Positions 23,532 to 38,020 of a DNA stretch of 64,000 nucleotides are shown piece after piece (position 1 is the first letter of the stretch; the number at the start of each line of letters is the position of its first letter). The stretch is from Scenedesmus sp. PABB004. Taxonomy: Eukaryota. The DNA lies in the NCBI GenBank assembly GCA_014905635.1, contig CM026547.1, positions 2,604,001 to 2,668,000 on the forward strand, written 5' to 3'. Made by a program: the position numbers and the translations under genes. The notes beneath the pieces are model-generated. The model saw only the letters and a list, made by a program, of their open reading frames with translations. It ran no database searches and was not told where the DNA came from.

Positions 23532-25442
23532 ATGTCGCGCTCCGAAACTGTGACCGTGGCGGACGCCGAGGCGCTGCTCGGCCGCTGGTGGGCGGCGCCG
23601 GGCGTGGGCGCCGGCGGCGCGGCGCTCGCTGCAGCTGCCGCTGCTGCCGCTGCTGCCGCTCGCGCGCGCGCTCCAGGCCCGGCGCCGCGCGTTCCGCAGC
23701 CGCTCGTTGAGTCACCGCGTCAGCATCTACGCCAAGAAGCTGGTGGGAGAGCAAGACGCCTTCGCCGTTGAGGCACGCGAAGCGGGCGCGCTGCGGCTGC
23801 GGCCCGCGGCGCCGCTGCGCGCGCGGGCGCCGCGCCACCGCGCCGCCGCCCGCCCGGCCGCAGATCAAGTCGCTGCAGGCCAACGTCTCGGCCATGCGCA
23901 AGGCGGCGCTCGCGGCCAAGGGCGCGGCGGAGCAGCAGCAGATGCTGGACGCGCTCGACGAGGCGTCGGCGACGATCAACGGCATGGGCCCCGGCGGCGA
24001 CCTGTGCGCGCCGCGCGCCGCCGCCGCCGCCGCCGCGCGCGCCGCCAGCCGCCACGTCGCGCCGTGCCGCGCAGCGCCGCGACGACGGCCGCGCGCCGCG
24101 ACGGCCGCGCCGCGCCGCGCCGCGCCGCCGCGCAGGCGGCGCATGTGCGCGCCCAAGGTCCCGCGCCTGCTGAGCTACCTGCTGGGCGACAGGACCAACC
24201 TCGTGTCCATCCGCAAGGACCAGGCGGTGGGCATACGCGAGGAGTACCACGCGTTCCGCAACCGCGCGGTCGTGATCATGGGCACCGTGCCCATGGCCCT
24301 CTACCTGGGCATGAAGCGTGCCGACGCGCTGCACCTCGCGCACCACGGCACCCACCCCGCGCCGCCGCCCCGCCTCGGCCTCGGCGCGCACGCGCACGTC
24401 AGCCTCACGCCCGCGCTGCTCACGGGTGCGGCGGCGCGCGCGCGGCGGCGCGCGGCGGCGCGCGACGCGCGGGCGCGGCGGGCTGCAAACGGCGCCGGCC
24501 GAGCGCTGCTGCCGCGGGCGGTGGCGGCGGCGCGGGGGGCGCGCAGGGCTTCAGGCCTACTTTGCATGGCTGTGCTACTTTTACGTCGCGATGGCGCTGC
24601 GCGAGTGCGTGCTGCTGGTCAACGGCAGCCACATCCGCGCGTGGTGGATCAGCCACCACATGTGGTCGGCGCTCGGCTCGCTGCTCATGCTCTCGCTGCC
24701 CATCAGCAGCCCCAGTGAGCGCCGCGCGCGCGGCCGCGGCGCGCCCGCGCTGGCGGCGGCGCCGACCCGCGACGCGCGCGTGCTGACGGCGCCGCCGCCG
24801 GCGCGCCGCGCTCTCCTCGTCTTGCCGCCGGTGGGCAGCGGTGTACTACTTTGCTGAGAGCTTCATGCTCTGGAGCACCTTCCAGGCGGGCGTGATGCTG
24901 GTGCAGAACCGCTACCAGCGGCGCCGCATGTACACGCGCATCGCGCTCGGCAAGAACAGCGCGATGGACGTCGTCAGCGGCGAGAGCAGCGGCAGCGCGG
25001 GCCAGCTGCTGCTGCTCTACCCCCTGCTCTTCGGTGGGCCCTCTTTTTTTGGGGGGGGGGGGGACGGCGGGGCGCCGCGCCGCACGGGCGCTGCCGTGCT
25101 GACGCGCGCCGCCGCGCGCCGCCGCGCCGCCGCCGCCGCGCCGCCGCCGTCGCGAGCGCAGCGCTGCAGGGCTGGCAGCTCTTCATCGGGCTCGACCTCG
25201 CGCTCAAGACGTGGCCCGCGCTCGTGGACAGCGAGGGCTGGCTCGAGGCGGAGCGCTGCCAGAGCGACCTGCGCGGCATGCGCGGCACGTTTGTGTGCGG
25301 CTGCATCTTCTCCTTCCTCGCGGTCATGAACGCGGCCAACACCATCGCGACCATCACCGAGAAGCGCGGCCGCCAGCCCAAGCCGCGCAAGGGCGGCGGC
25401 GCGACGGGCGGCGGCGGCGCTGCGGCGGCGGCGGGCAAGTGA
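23532..25442 (+). CDS. TMEM120: TMEM120/TMPIT family membrane protein (6 exons)
   Basis: N-terminal coiled coil; IREEYHAFR; ALRECVLLVNGSHIRAWWISHH; QNRYQRRRMYTRIALGK..MDV; LLLLYPLLF..QGWQ. Confidence 0.93.
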
Positions 25443-25683
25443 GGGGGAGGTGCAGGGGGTCTGAGGCAGACGCTCTCCCAGATTTGCCTTTTTCTTCTCC
25501 GCGAGGGGCTCGCCGCGGCTGGGGCGGCGGGCGCGGGCGGGCGGTGCAACGGCGCCAAAGCCCCGCTGTTGCTTCGCGCGCCCTGCATCACCGCGCGCCG
25601 ATCACTGCGCACACAGCGCGACCTAGAGCACGCTCGGGAGGCCACCGCCAGGCGCCGTCGAGGACAGCGCCGCCCCGCGCTGC

Positions 25684-27118
25684 ATGCTGCTGTGCCGCCG
25701 CGCCTGCGCCACTGCGCAGCTGCGCCAACTGCGGACTGAGCTCTCGCGGCGCCGTGGATCCTTGCTCCGCGGGGGAGGGGCAGCAGCGGCGGCAGCAGCA
25801 GCGGCGGCGAGAGCAGCAGCGGCAGCAGCAGCAGCGCGTCCGGACGCGCGCGCCGCGGCGCCCAGCCACGCGCCCACCCAGCGCCCAGCCACGGCCTCCA
25901 GGGCCATCGCCGCCGGCGCCGCCGGCATGGCGACGGCGGCGGGCCTGAGCGGCACGCCCGGGAAGAAGACGCCGCCCAAGAAGGCGCGCGAGGCAGCAGA
26001 GGCGACGCGCGAGCCGGCGCTGCTGGCAAAGGCGGCGCGCATCGCGGAGCAGCTGGCCGGCCTCTACCCGAGCCCGCCGATCCCGCTGGACCACGGCTCC
26101 ACCTTCCAGCTGCTCGTCGCGGTCGTGCTGAGCGCCCAGACGACCGACAAGAAGGTCAACGAGGTGACGCCCACGCTCTTCGCGGCAGCGCCCGACGCGG
26201 CCGCGATGGCCGCGCTGGAGGTGCGGCGGCGGGGCACGCGCTCCCAGCTGGCCGGCGGCGGCGGCGGCGGCGCTGGCAGCGGCAGGCGCCGCGGCTGACC
26301 AGTGCCGCGCCGCCGCCTCGCCTCAGGTGGCGGCCATCCAAACCATCATCGCGCCCATCGGCCTCGCGCCCACGAAGGCGCGAAACCTGAGCAATCTCAG
26401 CAAGCTCCTGCTCGAGCGCCACGGCGGCGCGGTGCCAGGCTCATTTGCAGAGCTTGAGGCGCTGCCGGGCGTCGGCCACAAGACGGCCAGCGTGATCATG
26501 AGCCAGGCGTTCGGGTGAGGGGACCCAGCTGCAGCGCCTGACGCTCCGCCGCTGCCGCGCCCGCCGCGCCCCGCCCCGCCCCGGCCCGTCCGGCCACGGC
26601 CGCCCCGCCGCCGCCCGTCGGCACCCAGGCACTCCGCGTTCCCCGTCGACACGCACATCCACCGCCTCGCGCAGCGCTGGGGCCTCAGCAGCGGCGCGAG
26701 CGTGGAGCAGACTGAGGCGGACCTCAAAGCCCTGCTGCCGCCGGCGGCCTGGCGGGATGCCCACCTGCAGATCATATATTTCGGAAGAGAGCACTGCCCG
26801 GCGCAGCGGCACGACCCCGCGGCCTGCCCCATCTGCTCCTGGGCGGCGGCGCCCGGCGGCGGCGAGGCGGGCGGCGGGCCGGCGGCGGCGGCGGCGGCGG
26901 CAGCCAGCCCCGCGGTGCCGGCCGGCAAGCCGCGCGCCGGCGCCAAGCGCAAGACGGACAGCGCCGCGGCCAAGCCTGCGGCGGCGGCGGCAGCTAGCCC
27001 TGCGGTGCCGGCCGGCAAGCCGCGTGCCGGCGCCAAGCGCAAGGCGGGCAGCGCCGCGCCCAAGCCTGCGGCGGCCTCCAGCAGGCGGCGCACGCGCGGC
27101 GCGGCGACGGAGGGATGA
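25684..27118 (+). CDS. NTH: Endonuclease III (HhH-GPD DNA glycosylase), bacterial-type sequence, 3 exons
   Basis: FQLLVAVVLSAQTTDKKVN, LPGVGHKTA (HhH, catalytic K), FPVDTHIHR (catalytic D), HLQIIYFGREHC. Start codon uncertain (25684 or 25927). Confidence 0.92.
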
Positions 27119-27353
27119 AGCGGAGACTTTGGCTTGCCATGGCAGGCGCAGGGCCCAATTCGCTGTCTGCTGCCGCGCGTGCCGGGGCTCAGCGCCGCTG
27201 CGCCGCCGCGCTGCCGGCACGCGTGGCGGTTGGGGCCGGCACACCGGCGCGGGCTGGCGTTGAGTAAGCCCGGACCGCCCTGCGCCACGCCGCGCGCCGG
27301 CTCGACCCCTGCACCCGGGAGGCGCGGGCAGCGCCTGCATCAGCAGCCGCGCG

Positions 27354-28485
27354 ATGGAGCTCGACGCGGTGCTGGAGCTGGTGCGGGCCAACCTGCCGCT
27401 GGTGGTGGCGGTGGGCGTGGTCCTGCTCTCCGTGCTCGCGCTGGCGCTGCGTCCGGGGGCCAAGCCGTTCCTGAGTGCGGCCGAGTTCAAGGCGGCCCGG
27501 CTGGTGCGCATCGACCAGCTCACGCACAACACCAAGCGCTTCGTCTTCGAGCTGGAGCACCCCAAGCAGCGCCTGGGCCTGCCGACGGGGCAGCACATCA
27601 CCTTCCTGACCAAGGGCGCCGACGGCAAAGACGTGTACAGGCGCGCCGCCGCCGCCGCCGCGCGCGGCCCCCGTCGCCCCGGCAGCCGGCCCCCTCGCGC
27701 CCCGGCAGCGGCGGCGGCTCGCTCGGCGGGCGCCGCCGCGCGCGCGCGCGCCCGCGCCGGCGCCGCGCGGCCGCAGCGCGCATGCCGCAGCGGTTGGCGC
27801 CGGCGGCCGGTCCCCCCGCCGCGCCGCCGACCGCGCGCGCGCCGTGCCCGCGCCGCGCAGGCCGTACACACCCGTGACGGACGACGACACGCTGGGGCGC
27901 GTTGAGTTTGTGATCAAGGTCTACCCTGGCGGCAAGATGACGCAGGCGCTCGACGCGATGGCCGTGGGCGACACCATGGCCATGAAGGGCCCGCGCGGGC
28001 GCTTCACCTACGCGCGCAACATGAAGCGCGCCATCGGTGCGCGCGCGCCGCGGCAGCACCGCCGCGGCAGCGCCGGCGCGCGACGTGCCGCGCCGCGCGC
28101 GGCCGCAGGCATGGTCGCGGGCGGCACGGGCGTGACGCCGATGTACCAGGTCGCGGCGGCGATCCTGAAGGACCCGTCGGACCGCACGGAGCTGCGGCTG
28201 ATCTTTGCCAACGTGAGCGAGGACGACATTCTCATCCGGGGCGAGCTCGACGCCCTCGCCGCGGCGCACCCGGGGCGGTTCAGCGTGTTCTACGTCCTCA
28301 ACACCCCGCCCCCGGGCTGGGCGGGCGGCGCGGGGTTTGTGAGCAAGGCGATGATCGTGCAGCACCTGCCGGCGCCGGGGCGCGACGTCATGGTGCTCTC
28401 GTGCGGGCCCAAGCCGATGGTCGACGCGATGAAGGCGCACTTCGACGACCTCGGGCACGCCGAGGACGCGCAGTTCCAGTTCTGA
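27354..28485 (+). CDS. CBR1: NADH-cytochrome b5 reductase (3 exons)
   Basis: N-terminal TM anchor, LGLPTGQH, RPYTP, KVYPGGKMT, MVAGGTGVTPM, LIFAN, CGPKPM, C-terminal FQF. Confidence 0.96.
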
Positions 28486-28501
28486 GCAGCAGCCCCTGGG
28501 C

Positions 28502-28544
28502 CTGTGCTCTGCGCTCTGTGCTCTGTGCTCTGTGCTCTGTGCTC
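28502..28544. repeat. Heptamer microsatellite (CTGTGCT)n in 3' flank
   Basis: About 6 copies just after the CBR1 stop. Confidence 0.85.
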
Positions 28545-28799
28545 TTTGGCGGCGTTCGCCGGCGTCGCTGACGGCGGTTCGGCGGAGCTGACGCGCTGCG
28601 GCGCAGCGCGGCGCCGCGCTCTCCGGCAACTGCTTGCGGCCTGGCCACCACCACCCCGCTCGCCCTTGGTCCCTGCCCGCGCTGGCTGGCTGCGGCAGGC
28701 GTTGAAGAGCTCGCGCCCGAAGCAGCGTCACCAACGCGAGCCCGGCGGCCAGCCTGCGCACGCTCAGCCGACGATCGGGGCGTGCGCAAGCTCGTGGGC

Positions 28800-31182
28800 A
28801 TGCGGCGGGCGGCCGCGGCGCCGGCGCAGCGGCGCTGTCGCACTTCTCCCGCACCCCGCGCCCGCCCGGGCCGCGCAGCGCTGAGCTGCCGGGCCTCGCT
28901 GGACGGCCGCCGGGAGTGGCTGCAGCGCGCAGCCACCACCGCAGCAGCCGCGGCGGTGGCGCTGAGCGCCCTGGCCGGCGCGACGCCGCTGGGCAGCGGC
29001 GCGCCCGCGGTGCTGGCGCCGCGCGCCGCGCACGCGGCGGCGGAGCCGGCGCCGCGCCTGACCGCGGAGCAGACGTATGAGGCGCAGCTGGCGCAGCATC
29101 ACCAGCGCGCGGCGCCCAAGAGCAGCCTGCCGACGCGGGGCGAGGCGGCCGCGCTGCGCCTGCTGCTCGACCCCGACCTCTTCACGCCCGAGGCGTGGGC
29201 GGGGATGCTGAAGCTCGAGGCCTACGCGCGCTACGTCGAGTCGCTGTGCGACGCCGAGGCGGCGCCGGGCTGCGAGGCGTGCACGGCGAACCGGCTCGTG
29301 CTCGAAAAGGCCTGGCAGACGGTCTCGGCGGAATTCTACGACCCAAGCGGCCGCTTCAGCCAGTCCGCGTGGGCCCAGCAGCTGCTCACCGTGCTGCGCG
29401 CGCACGGCGGCGTGCTGCGCAGCCGCCCCGAGACGTTTGCCGCGCTCGGCGAGCTCGTCGGCAGCCTCGGGGACCGCTATTCCGCCTTCCTCGAGCCGTC
29501 GGCGTTCCGCCGCGCGCTGCGCCGCCCGCTGCCTGCGGAGCGCGCCTACCTGGCGGCGCAGTACGTGGGCGTGGGCCTGCAGCTCGGCGGCTTGGCGCCG
29601 CAGGGCGGCGGCCGCGTGGTCGAGGCGCCGCTCGTGGAGAGCCCCGCCGAGGGCGCCGGCATACGGCGAGGCGACCGCCTGCTCGACATCGGTGCGCCCC
29701 GCCGCGCCCGCGCCGCGCTCGGCGGCCCGCCGCGGCGCGGGGCTGTGCCGCGCGCCGGCCGCCCCGCCCCAGCCGCGGCGCCCGCCGCCCGCGCGCGCAT
29801 GCGCAGAGGGCATTCCAAGTGAAAGCCTGACGCTCGACGAGGCCACCACGCTGCTGCGCGGGCCCGCGGGCTCCACCGTCAGCCTCACCGTCGCGCCGGG
29901 CGGGCGCGGCGGCGCGCCGCGGCAGCTGGAGCTCGAGCGGCGCCCGCTGCCGCAGCCCGCCGTCAAGGTGCGCCCGCCGCCGCCGGGCGCGGGCGGCGGC
30001 GCGGCACGCCGCGCGCCCGTGGCGGCCGCGGCCGCGGCCGACGCGGGCGCTGCCGCCCTGCGCGCGTGCTTGCAGGAGACGCAGCTGCGCCTCCCCGACG
30101 GGCGCGTCGTCGAGTGCGTGCGGCTGCATTACTTCAGTCACGACGCCACCACTGCGCTGGCGGGCATCATCGCGGCCGCCGAGGCTGAGGGCCGCGTGGC
30201 GGGGTATGTAATCGACCTACGCAATGACCCGGGCGGCGTGTTTGAGGAGGCAGTCGCCATCGCGTCGCTGTTTGAGGTGACGCGGCCGCGCGGGAGGCCC
30301 CGGGCAGGACGCCGCGCTGCGCTGTGCGTGCCCTGCCGCGCGCGGCCCGGCGCACGCGCGCTGCGGCCGGCCAGCGCCGTGGCGGCTGACGCGCCGCGCC
30401 GCGCCGCGCCGCGCCGCGCCGCGCCGCCGGCAGGACCCGACGCGCGCGGTCGCGCAGACGGTGCGCAGCAGCAGCGGCCTCGTCGACGTGGTGTGGCGGC
30501 CGTCCGGGCTCGCGCCGAGCGCGTGGCCCGACGTCATGGCCGGCCCGCTCACCAGCAAGCCGCTCGTGCTGCTGGTCAACGCCAACACGGCGTCCGCGTC
30601 GGAGGTGCTCGCGGGTGCGTGCGCGCCCGCCGACGCCGCGGCTGCCGGCGCCGCCGCCGCGGCGCGGCCGGCACGCCCACGCTCGGCCCGCGGCCGGACA
30701 CCCCCCCCCTCTTGTGGCCAGGCGCGCTGCGCGACTACGGCCGCGCGACGCTCATCGGCGAGACCACGTTTGGCAAGGGCCTGGTGCAGTATTACTTTCC
30801 GATGGGCGAGGGTCTGGGCGGCCTCAAGCTCACAGTCGCCAAGTACCTCACGCCGCACGCGTATGACATATCGCGCCAGGGCGGCCTCGTGCCTGACGTC
30901 CCCTGCAACGACTACCCCCACGGTGCGGGGGATGCTGGCCGGGCGCCCAGCCGCCCTCGCGCGCGCGCCGGCCCGCGCCCACGCGCCGCCGCCGGCCCAC
31001 GCGCCGCCGCCGGCCCACGCGCCGCCGCCGCCGCCGCCGCCGGGGGCGCAGGCGTGTTCACGCCCGGCACGGCCGACCGCTGCGTGGTGGAGGCGCTGGG
31101 CGTCATTGCCGACGCGCAGCCCGCGGACCCGCTGTCCTTCTCCCCCCTCCTCGCCAGCGCGGGCGACAAGCCCTCGCCCTAG
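28800..31182 (+). CDS. CTPA: C-terminal processing peptidase (S41, PDZ), CtpA-like, plastid lumen-type targeting (6 exons)
   Basis: Bipartite transit-like N-terminus; LGDRYSAFL, GVGLQ, SPAEGAGIRRGD, LRGPAGS, IDLRNDPGG, TASASEVLAG (Ser), FGKGLVQ (Lys), LTVAKYLTP. Confidence 0.92.
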
Positions 31183-31570
31183 CCCTCTGTACCCCTAGCA
31201 GCCCGCGCGCGCCCTTGTGGGCGGCAGCGGCGCGGGGCGCGCGCGCTGCGGTGCGCGCAGCCGCGCCGCTGCGCGCGGTTGTTTCTATTTGTCTCTCTCG
31301 CGCCGCGTTTGGTTGACCGGTGTCTGGCTGCCGTTTGACCGCGCGCGCCGCCGCCCGGTGGGCGGCCGAGTGTACCACCACCCACGTGATGCTGATCATG
31401 ATGCTGACGCTGTACCACCACCAACCACGCCCCGCGGCGTGCTTGTACTCTGCTGCTCGGGCGCGGCCGCGCGTCGTCGCGCGCCCGCCTGCGCTCGAGC
31501 CTGCCGCCGCCTGGCGCGCGCGTGCGCCTGCCGCTGCAGCACCGCGGCAGGAAGGGAGGCGCGCGGCGGA

Positions 31571-31575
31571 TGTAA
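31571..31575 (+). promoter_or_regulatory. Candidate TGTAA polyadenylation signal (CtpA gene)
   Basis: Chlorophyte-type TGTAA about 390 nt after the stop. Confidence 0.45.
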
Positions 31576-31815
31576 CCAGCTCCCACGCGACGACATGCCG
31601 CGCCGCCGGCCTGGAGGCCGGGGCTGGCGGCGCGCGGCTCCGCGCAGGCGCAGCGACCGCGAGGGCGGCGCTGGCGCGCATCCGCGCCCAGAGCTAGCCG
31701 CGGCACTCGAGCAGTGCCTGATGTACAGCGCGGCTCCCAGCCAGCCCCGACGAGCTCGCCCGCGACACGCGCGCCGCCCTCACGCGTGCCGCCGCCCGCG
31801 CGCTCGCCGCCCCGC

Positions 31816-33643
<1,828 letters not shown>

Positions 33644-33726
33644 GCTCGGCGCTCTCTCTCGCTCTGTGTGTGACTGGTTCAGCCCTTGCGGGACAGGTCT
33701 GCGGGCGCGCCGGGAACTGGCGGACC

Positions 33727-33865
33727 CAGTTTTGACGCGGCGCTCTTCTTCTCCCTCTTCTGCAGCTGCCGCCCGCAGACCTGTCAGGCGCGCCGCGCTG
33801 GCGGCGCGCGGCGCGGGGCCGCGCAGCTGCAGAAGAGGGAGAAGAAGAGCGCCGCGTCAAAACTG
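33727..33865. repeat. Perfect 43-bp inverted repeat with 53-nt spacer
   Basis: 33727..33769 CAGTTTTGACGCGGCGCTCTTCTTCTCCCTCTTCTGCAGCTGC is the exact reverse complement of 33823..33865. Confidence 0.97.
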
Positions 33866-34063
33866 TCAGCGAAAATCTGTCAGCGCGTCAATGCCTGGGG
33901 TCAATCGCGGCGGCGGTGACGCTGCGGCGAGCAGTCCCCGGACCAGCGGAGACGCCTGCGCCGCGCGCAGGGCTCAGGAGCGGCAGCGCGCGGCAGCAGC
34001 GGCGGCGGCGGCAGCAGCGCAGGCAGCGGCAGCCAATGCGCCGCGCCTAGCCCGCTCGGCGCC

Positions 34064-36741
34064 ATGATCCGGGCGCTGGGCGCGGCGCTGGCTCGGCCCG
34101 CGGGGGCCGCGCCGCCCGCTGCGCTCGTGGGCGCGGCCTGGCAGCACGGCTGGATGGTGCAGGTGCGCGCCCCCTCCTGCGCGCGCCAGGGCCGGCCGCG
34201 GCGCGGCGGTGGCCGCGCATGCGTCGTTGCCATGCGCAGGCGGCAGCAGCGCGGCCGCGCGCCGCCGCAGCCGCCCACGCGCGCCCCCGGCGGCCGCCGC
34301 CCGCCGCTGCTGCCCGCCGCCGCCCGCCGCTGGCGCAGCAGCGCGCGTGCATCACCACGGGCCACTCGCACATACCTCGCCGCAAGCACGACCCCTACCG
34401 CACGCCGCCGCGCAACTACGTGCAGCTGCTGCAGCACATCACGCGCGCGCGGCGGCTGTGGGCGCTCGACGCGCTCGTGCGGGAGCACGGCCCGCGCTTT
34501 GACGGCGTGCACGTCGCGGCGGCGCTGTCGGTGCTGCCCAAGCTGCACCGCCCGCTGCGCCCGGGCGCGCGGCTCAGCGCGGCGCAGGCCAAGGCGCGGC
34601 GCGAGGCGCCCGCGGCGCTGCTGGCGCGCCTGCAGGTGCGCGGGCTCGGCGCGGGCCCGGCGTGCGCGCGGGGCGCCCACACGTGCGCGCGCGCGCGAGC
34701 GTGCCCAGGCACGTGCCCACCACGCGGCCGCCCCCGCCGCCGCGCGCAGGAGCTGGCCGCGGCGCAGGTGCCGCGCCTGTTTGCGCGCGAGGCGGCGAGC
34801 ATCACGTGGGCGCTCGGGCGCTGCCGCAGCCTGCTCCCGGGCGGCAGCGGGCGCAACCCGGCGACGGAGGGGCTCGTGGGCGCGATGCTGGCGCGCCTCA
34901 CGCGCGACCGCGCGCGGTTGCTGCACCAGTCGGCGGGCGGCGCGGAGGTGGCCAAGCTGCTGCACGGCCTCGCGCGCCTCAAGCTCGGCGGCGCGTCGCC
35001 CGACGCGGTGCGCGCGCTGTGCGGGCTCGTCGCCGCGCAGCCGGGCCGCCTGCAGGCGCGCGAGGTCGGCGGCGTGGCGTGGGCGCTGGCCAAGATGGGC
35101 GCCGGCGGCGCCGCGGCGGAGCGCGCCCTCGACGCGCTGTGCGGCCGCGCGGTGGAGGTGCGGCTGTACCTGCGCCCCGCGAGCATCTGCAGCCTGCTCA
35201 CCGCGGCCACGCTGGCGCGGCGCCGCGACGAGGCGCTGCTGGAGGTCCTGGCCGAGGTGCGCGGCGCGGCGGGCGGGCGCGCGGGCGGGCGCCGGCGGCC
35301 CCCTGCGCCGGCTGCTCGCGCTCACGCACCGCTGCGGCCGCGCCCCTCCCACGCCCCCCCCCCCCCCCCGCTGCGCGCGCTGCAGGAGGCGCTGGAGCAG
35401 GTGCGCGCGTTCACGCCGCCGCAGCTGGCGGTGCTCTGCTGGGCGTACGGCAGCCTGGGCGTGTCGCCGGGGGAGCCGCTGCTGGGGGCGGTGGCGGCGG
35501 CGGCGCGCGTTCGGCTGGAGAGCTTCGGCGCGCCGGAGCTGGGCATGCTGCTGCGAGGCCTGACCCGGCTCGGCCCCGCCGCGCTCGACGGCGCGCTGCT
35601 GGCCGACGTCGCGGCGGGCATCGCGCGCGAGGACGCGGTCGCGCTGGGGCACCGCGACGCGGTGCGGATCCTGGGCGCCTTTGTGGCGGCGCCGACGGCG
35701 GGCCGCGCGGACGACGTCGCGGGCATGGCCGAGCGCGTCGCGGGCGCGCTGCTGCGCGCGCGGCGGCCGCCGGCCGCGGGTGCGATCGCGGACCTGGCGC
35801 TGCTCTACAGCAAGCTGCCCGCGGACCACCCCGCGCTGCTGCTGCGCCTGCTCGACGAGGCGGCCGCGCGGCCGGGCGAGCTCTCGCTGCGGCACTGGGC
35901 CAAGGTGCTGCAGGCGGTGCAGCGCCTCGGCTACGCCGCCGCCGAGCCGCGCCCGCCCCGCCTCGCCGCGCTCTACGCCGCCGCCGACGGCGCGCTGCAG
36001 GCGCACCTGCTCGGCGCGGCCGCGCCCGACGGCGCGGCGGCGGCGGCGGCGGCGCCGGCGGCGCGCGCGCCGGGCGCGCGGCGGCCCAAGTGGTGGCAGC
36101 TCGCCCAGGGCGGCGGCGGCGGCGGCGGCGGCGACGCCGCGGGCGGCGGCGCGGACGCGCGCGCGCCGCCGGCGCGGCACGCGCTCCAGTTTGCGCCCGC
36201 CGTGGACGTCGCGCGCGCGCTGGCCGGCGCGGGCGCGCTGAGCGAGGCGAGCGCCGGCTTCCTCGCCGACGCGGGCGGCCGGCTGCTCGGCAGCACGCCG
36301 CCGCACCGGCTCGCGGGGCTGCTCGGCGCGGTCATGGCGGCGGACCGCATGTGTGCGGTCGAGGAGGTCCGCGCGCTGCTCGGCGCCGCGGCGGGCGCGC
36401 TCGCGGCGGGCGACGTCGCGGCGCTGCCGCTCGGCGTGCGGCTCGGCCTCGCGCCGCCGCTCGCGCGCGCGGTGAGCCACAACCTGCTCGCCGCGCACGG
36501 CGAGCCGCTGCTGCGCGCCATCTTTGGCAGCCTCGGCGGCGCCGCGCCCGGCGGCGTCGCGGCGGCGCTCGGCGGCGCGAGCGCGGCGCAGGTGTGCGCG
36601 CTCTGGGACGCGCTGCACCGCTCGGGCCTCGCCGACGCGGAGCGCGGCCTCGCCGACGGCATCGTCGCGCTCGCGGCGGCGCGGCGCTGGGAGCTGCCGC
36701 GCGCCGGCGCCGCGGAGTGGGGGCCGCTCGGCGGCGCGTGA
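34064..36741 (+). CDS. Organelle-targeted helical-repeat protein (OPR/FAST-kinase-like RNA-binding), about 4 exons
   Basis: Presequence-like N-terminus; FDGVHVAAAL; repeats AREAASITWALGR, AREVGGVAWALAKM, FTPPQLAVLCWAYGSL, FGAPELGMLLRGLTRL. Confidence 0.75.
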
Positions 36742-37010
36742 GCGGCGGCGGCAGCGGCGGCGGCGGCGCAGCAGCGGTGAAACCCGCCGGCCGAGCGCGC
36801 CCCGTGCGGCTGCCGCCGGCGCCCGGCCCACAGCCCCCAACCACCGCCCGCCCCGCACGCCCGGCCGCCCCCGTTCTCCCGGCCCGCCAGCGCCCGCCCC
36901 GCGCGCGGGCAGCCCTCGGTGTGCTGCTGCCGGTCCGCTCCGCCTGCCGCTCGCGACCGCGTCCCCGGCGCTGATCAGCGCTCGGCGACCCCCCGCGCGC
37001 GGCGGGCGGC

Positions 37011-38020
37011 ATGGCGGAGGTGCTGGAGGCGATGCCGGCCCCCGCGCACGCCGAGGAGGGGCCCGACCGGGGCGCAGCCGCCGCCACCGGCTCGGGAGCG
37101 GCGTCCCGGGCGTCGGGCGGCCGCGGGCGCGCCTGCTGCGACAAGGCCTGCGGCACCGACGACGGCCCCAGCGGCTGCGACGACCCCGCGGGCGCCTACG
37201 AGTGCAACATCTGCCTGGAGCTGTCCAAGGAGCCCGTGGTCACGCTCTGCGGGCACCTCTTCTGCTGGCCCTGCCTGTTCAGGTGGGGGCCCGCGCGATG
37301 CCAGCCCGTTCCCGGCGCGCAGCGGCGCCGCGCGGCGCGCGCGCCGCACTGGCGCGCGCCTGAGAGCATCCTCCGACGCCTGGCGTGCCGCAGGTGGGTG
37401 CAGGTGCAGTCCTTCTCGAAAATCTGCCCCGTGTGCAAGGCGGGCGTCGAGGTGGACAAGGTGCGCCGCCCCGCCCGCCCGAGACGCCCCGGGGACCCGG
37501 CCAGCGACAGCTGGGAGGCGCGCGCGCGGCCGCCGCTGCCGGCGGCGGCGGCAGCGGCGCCGCGCTGAGCCCGCCGCGCTGCCGCCGCCGCCGCGGCTGC
37601 CGCCGCTGCTGGCGCTGCCGCGCGTGGCGCGCAGGTCATCCCCATCTACGGCCGCGGCAACGAGTTTGACCCCCGCCAGGAGGCGCAGGTCATCACGCCC
37701 GTGCCGCCGCGCCCCGCGGGGCAGCGGCCGTCGGCGGTCGCGGCGGGCGGCGCGGGCGGCAACCAGCAGGGCGTGCTGCCGGCCCTCTTTGGCTTCCAGC
37801 TCGGCCCCGGCCAGGGCTACGTGGAGGCGCTCACGCCGGAGCAGCAGCACCAGGTGCGCGCGCGCGCGCGCGGGGAGTCCGCTCGGGGCCCCTGGCAGCG
37901 GCGCGCGCGCGCGAGGTCCCGCCGCTGACCCCGCTCCCGCCCTCCGCTGCGCAGGCGTTCCTGTCGCGCCTGCTGCTCATGCTCGGCTCGTTCGTCATAA
38001 TGTGCCTGCTGCTCTTCTGA
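37011..38020 (+). CDS. Tail-anchored RING-HC E3 ligase, RMA1/RNF5/RNF185 family (4 exons)
   Basis: [50 protein letters not shown]-terminal [19 protein letters not shown]. Confidence 0.95.

Noticed and set aside
31103..31706. Small ORFs between CtpA and TDH
   Set aside because: No recognisable motif or splice structure; best explained as convergent 3' UTRs.
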